From NCBI GenBank assembly GCA_049679565.1, contig JBAUGH010000332.1, positions 1 to 28,689 on the forward strand: a stretch of DNA of 28,689 nt, read 5' to 3'. The position numbers and the translations under genes are program-made. A model generated the notes under the pieces. It did no database searches, was not told where the DNA came from, and saw nothing but the letters and a program-made list of their open reading frames with translations. The stretch comes from Acidobacteriaceae bacterium. Its GTDB lineage: Bacteria; Acidobacteriota; Terriglobia; Terriglobales; Acidobacteriaceae. This document shows, piece after piece, positions 8,888 through 16,692 of the stretch (position 1 is the stretch's first letter; every line of letters begins with the position of its first letter).

Positions 8888-10087
8888 TCAGGGCAGCAAT
8901 CTCCGCGCAACCGCCATCGCGGTTCTTTTCGTGAAACTGCGGCGCACGGGCCGTTCGGCCGCAGAGGCCGGCCTGCGATCTTCCATAGCACGGACATAGC
9001 AGCAACGGAGCTGCCGGGTGGCTTCCTGCCAGCTTTGGCGTTCGACCTCAGCGCGCGCCCGGGCGCGGATCGAGCCGCACTCCTCAGGATGATCGAGCGC
9101 CCGGCGCACCGCCTTGACCAGCCCCTGCGCGTCCGAGGGATGGTAGAGAAAGCCGGTGACGCCGTCCTCAACCGCGTCGGGCACCCCGCCGGCGTTGCAG
9201 GCCACGACCGGACAACCGGAGGCCATGGCTTCAAGCAGAACGAGGCCCAGGGTTTCGGTCTCCGAGGGCAGGACGAACAGGTCTGAAGAGGCGTACGCCG
9301 CAGCGAGAGCTTCGCCCCGCAGATAGCCGGTGAAGTGCGTCGCCGTGCCCTCAAAATGCTTTTCCAGCTCGCGGCGAGCGGGGCCATCGCCCACGATCGC
9401 CAGCCGCACGCCGGGCAGCGCGGTGAGAATCTCCCGCAGGCTGGCCAGGTTCTTTTCCGCGGAGAGACGGCTGACGCTGAGCAGCAGCGGCTTGTCGGGC
9501 TCGCCGCCGCTGAGCCTGGCCCGCATCTCCTGCGATCTCTTCGATGGATGGAAGCGCTCCGCATCGACCGCCCGCTCCCAGAGGGCGAGGCGATCGATAC
9601 CGTGGCTCTGCAACTGGTCCATCATGGGGCGCGAGGTACACAGGTTCAGATCGGCCCGTAGATGGCGCGCGCGCATCAGCTTCCAGGTGACGCTTTCCAG
9701 AAACCCGAGCCGGTAATAGTGAAGATAAACAGGCAAATTGGTGTGATAGGAAATCACAATCGGGACGTGCAGAACCTTGCCGTAGTAAATGCCTCCAATC
9801 CCCAGCAGCGAAGGCTCGAAGATATGAAAGACGTCGGGCTGGAAGGCCGCCAGGTGGCGGCGCATGGAAGCGCGCGGCGCGGCGATGCGCAGCTCCGGAT
9901 AAAACGGGAACGGCACGGAAGGCAGACCGACCACACGGGCGCCGCAAAGCTGCTCAGGCCCGCCCGCGGGAGCGAAAACCAGGACTTCGTCCCCGCCGGC
10001 CGTGAGCGCTTCCACGGTTTGCGTCACCATCGTGACGATGCCGTCGATCTTGGGGAGAAATGTCTCCGTCACGATGGCAATTTTCAT
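8888..10087 (-). CDS. sqdX: GT4 family glycosyltransferase, SqdX-like (sulfoquinovosyl- or glycosyl-diacylglycerol synthase)
   Basis: [53 protein letters not shown] and the GT4 motif [18 protein letters not shown] closely recall cyanobacterial SqdX. GT4 membership is clear; the sqdX specificity is tentative. Confidence 0.8.
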   Translation of the reverse strand: MKIAIVTETFLPKIDGIVTMVTQTVEALTAGGDEVLVFAPAGGPEQLCGARVVGLPSVPFPFYPELRIAAPRASMRRHLAAFQPDVFHIFEPSLLGIGGIYYGKVLHVPIVISYHTNLPVYLHYYRLGFLESVTWKLMRARHLRADLNLCTSRPMMDQLQSHGIDRLALWERAVDAERFHPSKRSQEMRARLSGGEPDKPLLLSVSRLSAEKNLASLREILTALPGVRLAIVGDGPARRELEKHFEGTATHFTGYLRGEALAAAYASSDLFVLPSETETLGLVLLEAMASGCPVVACNAGGVPDAVEDGVTGFLYHPSDAQGLVKAVRRALDHPEECGSIRARARAEVERQSWQEATRQLRCCYVRAMEDRRPASAAERPVRRSFTKRTAMAVARRLLP

Positions 10088-10303
10088 TGAGGCTCAGAAT
10101 ATCGCTTCTTCCGGCATAACGGAGTACAGAAATTGTGCGAGATGACGCCCGCGGTCATCGAATTGTCGAGCGGAGCGATGTAGCAGCGTGAAATTTCGCG
10201 ATGTCGCGCGAGGCCGCGGCGGGCGGGGTCCACCATGGTGTAGCTTGTGGTCTGACCTTCGTGAAGGCAGGCGGTACGCGGGTCCTGAAAAGGGGTGGGC
10301 GGC

Positions 10304-11290
10304 ATGAGCAAAGCGGGGCGGCGGAGAATCGGCGCGGCTGCGCGATGGGCGGCGGCACTTCTGCTGTGCGCATCGGTGAACGTGTCCATGGCGCTGGCGC
10401 AGAATGGGCGGCCCGGTTCCGCTGAAGCCGGCGGGGTCGAGGCCGCCCTGCCCCATGGGGACATCGAATATCTGTGGCCGAGCGGCGCACCGGGCGCGGT
10501 CGGCACCCTGGAAGAAGACAAGCCGCACCTGGAAATCTTCAGCGGAGCCGGAGCGGTGAACGCGCACACCGCCGTGATCGTCTGCCCCGGTGGCGGCTAC
10601 ACCCACCTGGCCTACGAAAAAGAAGGCACGCGCATCGCTGAGTGGCTGAACCTGCGCGGCATCACCGCCTTCGTGCTGACCTACCGGCTGGCGCCGCGCT
10701 ATCCATATCCCGCGCCGATTCTGGACGGCTATCGCTCCGTCCGCTGGGTGCGCAGTCACGCCTCGCAATACGGCATCGATCCCCAGCGCATCGGCATGTG
10801 GGGCTTCTCGGCCGGCGGCCACCTGGTAGGAATTGTGGGAACGCACTTCGATGCGGGCAATCCGTCGGCGCCCGATCCGGTGGACCGGGTCAGCGACCGT
10901 CCCGACTTCGTCATCAGCTCCTATGGGGGTCTGACTCTGGAGCCGGGCATTGCTAAACCCACGGCGATGCAGTCGCTGCTGGGGCCGAATCCTTCGCCGG
11001 AACTCAAAGAGGACATGTCGCCGGACAAGCATGTGACCGCACAAACGCCGCCGTTCTTCCTCTACGCGACCACGACCGACCAGTCCGTGCCGGTGCTGAG
11101 CAGCGTGGTCTTCTATACGGCGCTGGTGCGCGCAGGCGTGCCGGCGGAGCTGCACATTTTTGAGAAGGGGCCGCACGGAACGGCGCTGGCCCAGGGGTAT
11201 CCGGCGCTGTCGGCCTGGCCCGGCTTGCTGGAGAACTGGCTCCGCCTGAACGGATGGATCCCGGAGCGGACGGCAGGGACAGGACGATGA
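10304..11290 (+). CDS. Secreted alpha/beta hydrolase, carbohydrate esterase-like (BD-FAE/acetylesterase type)
   Basis: Signal peptide, oxyanion PGGGY, nucleophile elbow GFSAGG, catalytic Asp (DQSVP) and His (GPHG). Alternative start GTG 10295. Confidence 0.88.
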   Translation: MSKAGRRRIGAAARWAAALLLCASVNVSMALAQNGRPGSAEAGGVEAALPHGDIEYLWPSGAPGAVGTLEEDKPHLEIFSGAGAVNAHTAVIVCPGGGYTHLAYEKEGTRIAEWLNLRGITAFVLTYRLAPRYPYPAPILDGYRSVRWVRSHASQYGIDPQRIGMWGFSAGGHLVGIVGTHFDAGNPSAPDPVDRVSDRPDFVISSYGGLTLEPGIAKPTAMQSLLGPNPSPELKEDMSPDKHVTAQTPPFFLYATTTDQSVPVLSSVVFYTALVRAGVPAELHIFEKGPHGTALAQGYPALSAWPGLLENWLRLNGWIPERTAGTGR

Positions 11291-12594
11291 TGCGGGTTTT
11301 GCCGTGGCGGCACTGCTGCGCTGGACTGGCGGTGATACTGACCGCTCTGACCGCAGACGGGACGGTGATCGGGACCAATCCTCCGGCACAGTCCCTCACC
11401 CGCGAGAGAATCGAAAGGCTCCCCGCGCCGGAGCGCGGCCCGTGGCTCGCCTATCTCGATCGCTCGGAGCGGCAGCGCCAGGCGGACCAGGCTTCCTTTG
11501 CGGCCGAACTGAAACATAGCGGGATCGCCAAGCCGACCGAGCCGCCACACGGATTCTCGGCGCGCAGCATTCCGCTCGACCGTGATGCGGCCTGGTACGG
11601 CAGCGCGGAAGCACGGCACATCGCCGATGTCGTCGTGTCCTTCCAGACGCCGGCGGGCGGATGGGGCAAGAACCTGAACATGAGCGGAGAGCTGCGGCAC
11701 CCTGGCGAAAGGTTTGGCCCGGACAATCTGTCGCGTTTCCTGGCGCCGGGAGATTACGACTCACCCCTCGACCCGAACTGGAACTACATTGGGACCATCG
11801 ACAACGACGCCACCACCACACAGCTGCGGTTTCTCGCCCGAGTGGTCGCTGCTTTCGAACCCAGGGAGGGCGCGCCCTGGGCGGCGAGCTTCGAGCGCGG
11901 AATTACGTATCTGCTGCACGCACAATATCCCGACGGCGGCTGGCCGCAGGTATGGCCGCTGGAAGGCGGGTATCACGACGCCATCACATACAACGACGAT
12001 GCAATGACGCAGGTCGTGGATCTCCTGTGGCATACAGCGGAAGCGAAGGACGACTACGCTTTCGTCCCCGCGGTGCTGCGGGCACAGGCGTGGGCCGCCT
12101 TCGAGCGCGGCATCCACTGCATCCTCGCCACCCAAATCCGCGAGAACGGAACGCTGACGGTTTGGCCGCAGCAGGACGATCCCCAGACTCTGCAGCCAGC
12201 CTCCGCCCGGAACTTTGAGCCGCCGGCGGCATGCTCGAGCGAGAGTGCAGCCATCCTGATGGTGTTGATGAACGACCTGCCTCATCCCACTGCCGCCGAG
12301 AAGAATTCGATCGAAGCAGCGGCAGCGTGGTTCCGCAAGACGGCGATTGAGGGCGAAGCGTGGGAACGGATGCCGGAAGGGCGCGAACTGGTGGGTTCGC
12401 CCGGCGCTGGCCCCATCTGGGCACGCTTCTATCAGATCGGAACCGATCGCCCCATCTTTGCGGACCGCGACAAGACCATCCACGACACGGTCAGCGAGCT
12501 GTCGCGCGAGCGGCGCAATGGGTATGCCTGGTACAACGCCGAGCCGCGGGAAGCGCTGCTACGGTTTGCGATGTGGCAGAAAGAGCAGCAGTAG
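11287..12594 (+). CDS. pelA: Pectate lyase, polysaccharide lyase family 10
   Basis: PL10 motifs GGWGKN, TIDNDAT, QYPDGGWPQ, ITYNDDAM, WPQQ, ARNFEP, WARFY and ERRNGYAWY. ATG 11287 overlaps the esterase stop (ATGA). Signal-peptide-like N-terminus. Confidence 0.92.
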   Translation: MMRVLPWRHCCAGLAVILTALTADGTVIGTNPPAQSLTRERIERLPAPERGPWLAYLDRSERQRQADQASFAAELKHSGIAKPTEPPHGFSARSIPLDRDAAWYGSAEARHIADVVVSFQTPAGGWGKNLNMSGELRHPGERFGPDNLSRFLAPGDYDSPLDPNWNYIGTIDNDATTTQLRFLARVVAAFEPREGAPWAASFERGITYLLHAQYPDGGWPQVWPLEGGYHDAITYNDDAMTQVVDLLWHTAEAKDDYAFVPAVLRAQAWAAFERGIHCILATQIRENGTLTVWPQQDDPQTLQPASARNFEPPAACSSESAAILMVLMNDLPHPTAAEKNSIEAAAAWFRKTAIEGEAWERMPEGRELVGSPGAGPIWARFYQIGTDRPIFADRDKTIHDTVSELSRERRNGYAWYNAEPREALLRFAMWQKEQQ

Positions 12595-12694
12595 CTTCAA
12601 TGTGATGTGGCTGAATCTCCTCGGGGAATATAAATACTGGACGGGGTCATTCTTTGGAATGGGTGTGCCGGGTCAGCGGGAAAAGAGGTGGGGG

Positions 12695-15418
12695 ATGCTG
12701 AAGATGGGGCGGGTTTGTGGAAGCGTGGCAGCGGTCTTCTTCCTGAGCTGCGCGGCGGCGCTCGCACAGTCCAGAACCCTGCCGCCCGCAATGGACATCG
12801 CTGCAGGCTGGCAATTGCAGGACAGCGCACAGGTGCCCGCGTCGGGCGCAACCATCTCCGCCACGGATTACCAACCCCGGGGGTGGAAGCCGGCCACCGT
12901 GCCTGGCACAGTGCTGACCAGCCTCGTTAACGACGGCGTCTACCCTGAGCCGCTCTACGGCGAGAACAATCGCGGGATTCCTGAAAGCCTGAACAAAACC
13001 GCATGGTGGTACCGCACGACCTTCACAGTGCCCCGCAGCTACAGGCATCGCCAGGTATGGCTGCATTTCGACGGGGCTAATTTCACCTCGGACGTGTGGG
13101 TGAACGGAGTCGACACCGGCACGATCCAGGGCGCTTTTATCCGCGGGCGGTTCGACATCACAAAACTCGTCAAGCCCGGCGAAACGGTAGTGCTGGCCGT
13201 AAAGGTGTCGCCGCAGCCGCATCCCGGCGTGCCCCACGAGCATACGATTGCGAACGGAGTCGGCGCAAATGGCGGAATCACCGCCATCGATGGGCCGACT
13301 TTCCTGTGCACCATGGGATGGGACTGGTTGAACGCGGTGCGCGACCGCGACACCGGGCTGTGGCAGAATGTGTGGCTGTCGGCGTCAGGGCCGGTGCTGG
13401 TGGAGAATCCGCTGGTCACCACCGATTTGCCCCTGCCGCGAACCGATTCGGCGGATGTGACCCTGCAGGCGACGCTCGAAAATACTTCGGACAAAGAGCA
13501 GACCGGCACGCTCGAGGGCGGCTTCGGCGAAGTGCATTTCTCCCGGCCGGTCCGGCTGCCGGCGAAAAGCACAACAACGGTGACGTTTGCCCCGAAGACG
13601 ACGCCGGCCCTCCATGTGCTCAATCCGAAGCTTTGGTGGCCCAACGGATATGGGCCGCAGAATTTGTATCAACTTCATTTACATTTCGTGGAACACAAAC
13701 AGGATTCAGACGCCTCGGACACCCAATTTGGCATCCGCAAAATTACCTATGGCGGCGAAGATGCCCTCACCATCTCGGTGAATGGCGTGAAAATCTTCAT
13801 CCGCGGCGGCGACTGGGGACTGGATGAAGCAATGAAGCGCATTCCGCGCGCGCGGCTCGATGCGGAAATTCACATGCACGCCCTGGCCAACCTGAACATG
13901 ATCCGCAACTGGGTGGGCCAGAGCACCAGCGAGAATTTCTACGAACTGTGCGACCAGTACGGAATCCTCATCTGGGACGAGTTCTTCCAGCCCAATCCAA
14001 GCGACGGGCCTGATCCCGATGACTTGCCCACCTACCTTGCGAATGTCCGGGACAAGATTCTGCGCTTCCGGAATCACCCGTCGATTGCGCTGTGGTGCGC
14101 CCGCAACGAGGGATACCCGCCGCCCGAAATCAATGCCGCCCTGCAGAAGATGATTCCGGAGTTGGATCCAACCCGGCTCTATCAGCCCAGTTCGACGGAG
14201 GGACGCGGCGTGCGCTCCGGCGGCCCGTATTACTGGCGCGAGCCCCAGGCCTTCTATGTGCCGGATGCGCCCTTCAAGACAGAGACGGGGTCAGTGTCCG
14301 TGCCGACCCTCGAGTCGATTCACGGCATGATGCCGCAGAAGGACTGGGAAACCATCGATGACGATTGGGCGACGCACGATCTGGCGATGGGCGCGGCCCA
14401 TGGAGACCAGTATCCCTATGTACTGGCTGCGCGCTATGGGCGGGTTGCAAATCTGGCGGATTTCGTCCGCAAGGCCCAGTTGATGAACTACGAGGCCTAC
14501 CGCGCCATGTACGAGGGCCGCAACGCGCATCTGTTCGCGCCGGACACCGGCGTCCTGACCTGGATGAGCAATCCCGCGCAGCCGAGCTTCGTCTGGCAGC
14601 TCTACCACTACGATCTGGAACCAAACGCGTCCCTGTTTGCCGTAAAGTCGGCGTCGGAGATGATTCACATCCAGATGGATGAAGATGACAGGACGCTGAA
14701 GGTGATCAACAATACACCGCATGCGCTCACCGGCTATACCGCCCATGTGGAAGTGCTGTCGGGGCCCGGCTTCCATCAGCACATTCCTCCCGGCGGCGCG
14801 CCGATCACATCCACGCTGAGCCTCTGGCAAGCAGGCGTTACAAGGGATATTCCGGTCAGCGGTCCGGCAGACGCTGCGATCGACCTGGGAGCAGTGCCGC
14901 TGCCATCTTCCCTGCCCCCGGTCTACTTCATCAGGATGGATCTGCGCGACGCCCAGGGCCGGATCGTGTCGCGCAATCTGTACTGGAAACCGGCGCCGCA
15001 ACAGGGCAATGATCTGTCCCCGCTGAACGCGCTGCCGACCGTGACCCTGCAGGGAACCATCACCCGCCATGACGTCGGCGACCGCCTTCGCCTCGAAGTG
15101 ACCCTGACGAATCCCGACAAAACGCTGGCGCTGCTGGCTCATCTGCAGCTGCGGAGAAAGAGCACGGGCGAGCGCATTCTCCCCGTGTTCTATTCGGACA
15201 ACTACATCTGGCTCGGCCAGGGCGAGAGCCGCACCATCTCCATCGATGCCGCGCTGGCCGATCTCAAAGGCGATCTGCCCCTCGTGGTCGTGGACGGCTG
15301 GAACGTGAATGTCACACCCGTGACGAACGCCGATTGCGCGCTCGCTCCGAACGTAGATGCGCAGGTCACCCACTGGCCCGCAACCGGGCTGCCGATGATC
15401 ACCGCGGGGTTGAAGTGA
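12695..15418 (+). CDS. Glycoside hydrolase family 2, beta-mannosidase-like, secreted
   Basis: ATG 12695 follows AAGAGGTG, then a signal peptide (..AAALA-Q). Motifs VPGTVL, MGWDW, PKLWWPNGYG, FGIRKI, RNWVG, FYELCDQYGILIWDEF, RNHPSIALWCARNEG (acid/base NE) and KTETGS (probable nucleophile). NE rather than SD argues against CsxA-type exo-glucosaminidase. Confidence 0.92.
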   Translation: MLKMGRVCGSVAAVFFLSCAAALAQSRTLPPAMDIAAGWQLQDSAQVPASGATISATDYQPRGWKPATVPGTVLTSLVNDGVYPEPLYGENNRGIPESLNKTAWWYRTTFTVPRSYRHRQVWLHFDGANFTSDVWVNGVDTGTIQGAFIRGRFDITKLVKPGETVVLAVKVSPQPHPGVPHEHTIANGVGANGGITAIDGPTFLCTMGWDWLNAVRDRDTGLWQNVWLSASGPVLVENPLVTTDLPLPRTDSADVTLQATLENTSDKEQTGTLEGGFGEVHFSRPVRLPAKSTTTVTFAPKTTPALHVLNPKLWWPNGYGPQNLYQLHLHFVEHKQDSDASDTQFGIRKITYGGEDALTISVNGVKIFIRGGDWGLDEAMKRIPRARLDAEIHMHALANLNMIRNWVGQSTSENFYELCDQYGILIWDEFFQPNPSDGPDPDDLPTYLANVRDKILRFRNHPSIALWCARNEGYPPPEINAALQKMIPELDPTRLYQPSSTEGRGVRSGGPYYWREPQAFYVPDAPFKTETGSVSVPTLESIHGMMPQKDWETIDDDWATHDLAMGAAHGDQYPYVLAARYGRVANLADFVRKAQLMNYEAYRAMYEGRNAHLFAPDTGVLTWMSNPAQPSFVWQLYHYDLEPNASLFAVKSASEMIHIQMDEDDRTLKVINNTPHALTGYTAHVEVLSGPGFHQHIPPGGAPITSTLSLWQAGVTRDIPVSGPADAAIDLGAVPLPSSLPPVYFIRMDLRDAQGRIVSRNLYWKPAPQQGNDLSPLNALPTVTLQGTITRHDVGDRLRLEVTLTNPDKTLALLAHLQLRRKSTGERILPVFYSDNYIWLGQGESRTISIDAALADLKGDLPLVVVDGWNVNVTPVTNADCALAPNVDAQVTHWPATGLPMITAGLK

Positions 15419-15454
15419 AACAAGGCGAGCCGAGCCGATGGAATCGTGCGCCCC

Positions 15455-16189
15455 TTACGACTCGAAGAGCGATGGGGTGAAGGGCCGTTTCTGCCCCGCA
15501 GGCTCGACAACCGCGGGTTCCAGAAGATCCGCAGAATTGTTTTTGACGTTGCCGACCGCCGGCCCGACCTTCCATGCCTTCATTGCCTCGGACTCATACG
15601 GACGCAGCAAATCGAGGGGCGGGCGCGCCGGATCGCCGTGCTGCAGCCAGCGATCGTAATCGCGCGGCTGCAGAATCACGGGCATGCGATCGTGCATCGC
15701 TGCGGTGAGTTCGTTGGCTTCGGTAGTGATGATCGAGAACGTTTCGCGGGCCCGCCCGCCGTCGCCAGGCGTCCAGCGCTCCCACAGGCCGGCAAAGGCC
15801 AAAGGTCCGTCGCTGCGCAGGGTGATGGCCCACGGCTGTCTGGTTTTCCGGTCGAGTTTTTGCCACTCGTAGAATCCATCGGCCGGCACCAGGCAGCGGC
15901 GCCGCAAAAACGGCTCACGCCAGATCGGTTTCTTCATCAGGCTCTCGGCCTTCGCGTTGATCGTGCTCACCCCGAGTTGCTTCGCATCGTCGCACCAGTA
16001 CGGGATCAGTCCCCAGCTCATCAGAGCCAGTGAGCGCTCGGCAGTGTCGCGGTCCTCCACAATCACCGGCTGCATCGTCGCCGGGGCGACGTTGTAGTCG
16101 GGCAGGATATCGAAGGACGACGGCACGCCCACTTTGAACGCATCGGCAATGCGCTGTTTGTCCGATCGGCGATAGTAACGGCCACACAC
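15455..16189 (-). CDS. SOS response-associated peptidase (SRAP; YedK/HMCES family abasic-site processing protein)
   Basis: GTG 16189 gives (M)CGRY, the SRAP N-terminal catalytic Cys2. Also YNVAP, WGLIP, INAKAE, RRCLVPADGFYEW, AGLW and HDRMPVIL. Confidence 0.95.
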   Translation of the reverse strand: MCGRYYRRSDKQRIADAFKVGVPSSFDILPDYNVAPATMQPVIVEDRDTAERSLALMSWGLIPYWCDDAKQLGVSTINAKAESLMKKPIWREPFLRRRCLVPADGFYEWQKLDRKTRQPWAITLRSDGPLAFAGLWERWTPGDGGRARETFSIITTEANELTAAMHDRMPVILQPRDYDRWLQHGDPARPPLDLLRPYESEAMKAWKVGPAVGNVKNNSADLLEPAVVEPAGQKRPFTPSLFES

Positions 16190-16209
16190 GGAACGGCGAA
16201 CCCCAGTCG

Positions 16210-16215
16210 ATTGTA
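16210..16215 (-). promoter_or_regulatory. Candidate -10 element (TACAAT) for the SRAP gene
   Basis: The minus strand reads TACAAT 20 nt upstream of the GTG start. No good -35 element is seen. Confidence 0.3.
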
Positions 16216-16266
16216 GGACGGGACGAAGCGAACCGGGCGCTCCCAAAAAGCTCTTGCCAATTCGCA

Positions 16267-16297
16267 TACAGATGTAGTAGACAATACTACACCGGTA
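16267..16297. promoter_or_regulatory. Tandem BlaI/MecI/CopY-type operator (TACA-NN-TGTA boxes)
   Basis: TACAGATGTA at 16267-16276 is a perfect match. TACACCGGTA at 16288-16297 has one mismatch and starts 21 bp later. A TTGCCA (-35-like) lies at 16254-16259, and the RBS AGGAG of the BlaI-family gene at 16297-16301. Confidence 0.8.
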
Positions 16298-16308
16298 GGA
16301 GTCAGCCC

Positions 16309-16689
16309 TTGCCCAGCGCTCGTTTATCAAAACTCGAGTTTCAGATCATGGAAGCCCTGTGGGGCCGCGGACAACTCTCGATCCGAGAGATGCAGGAAGA
16401 AATCCCCGCCCGTAAGACGCCGGCTTACACAACCGTGCAGACCACGGTCTACCGCATGGAAGCGAAAGGTGTCGTGCGGCGGGTCAGGAAGGTCGGCAAC
16501 TTCCATGTTTTCGAAGCTGTGGTCACGCGTGAGGCGGCCCAGCGGCGCCTGCTCGACGACCTGCTCAGCTATTTCGGCGGCCGAAGCCAGCCCCTGATGG
16601 CCCACCTGATCGAGTCGGGGAAACTGTCCCTCGCCGACGTGAAGGAAGCAGAGAAGCTGCTGAAGGGCCACAGAGGTAAGGGGGAATAA
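16309..16689 (+). CDS. BlaI/MecI/CopY family transcriptional repressor
   Basis: TTG start after AGGAG. LSKLEFQIMEALW, AYTTVQTTVYRMEAKGVVRR winged helix, and the C-terminal FGG...LMAHLIESGKLS. Confidence 0.95.
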   Translation: MPSARLSKLEFQIMEALWGRGQLSIREMQEEIPARKTPAYTTVQTTVYRMEAKGVVRRVRKVGNFHVFEAVVTREAAQRRLLDDLLSYFGGRSQPLMAHLIESGKLSLADVKEAEKLLKGHRGKGE

Positions 16690-16692
16690 GCC

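Noticed and set aside
10100..10210. Possible Pho-box-like or palindromic sites upstream of the SqdX-like gene (GATGAC/GTCATC hairpin, GAAATTTC)
   Set aside because: No 11-bp-period direct repeat, and the matches are too short to support.
12347..12694. N-terminal extensions in the ORF track (GH2 from 12347, VWA from 22932, SRAP from 16330, barrel from 20104, HlyD from 441, GH29 from 27136)
   Set aside because: Downstream starts have a better RBS, signal peptide or family N-terminus, and several extensions overlap neighbouring genes.
16259..16286. AATTCGCATAC resembles the XerC arm of a dif site, of interest given the skew switch
   Set aside because: The XerD-side arm (AGTAGACAATA) does not match the conserved TTATGTTAAAT, and the BlaI operator explains the sequence better.
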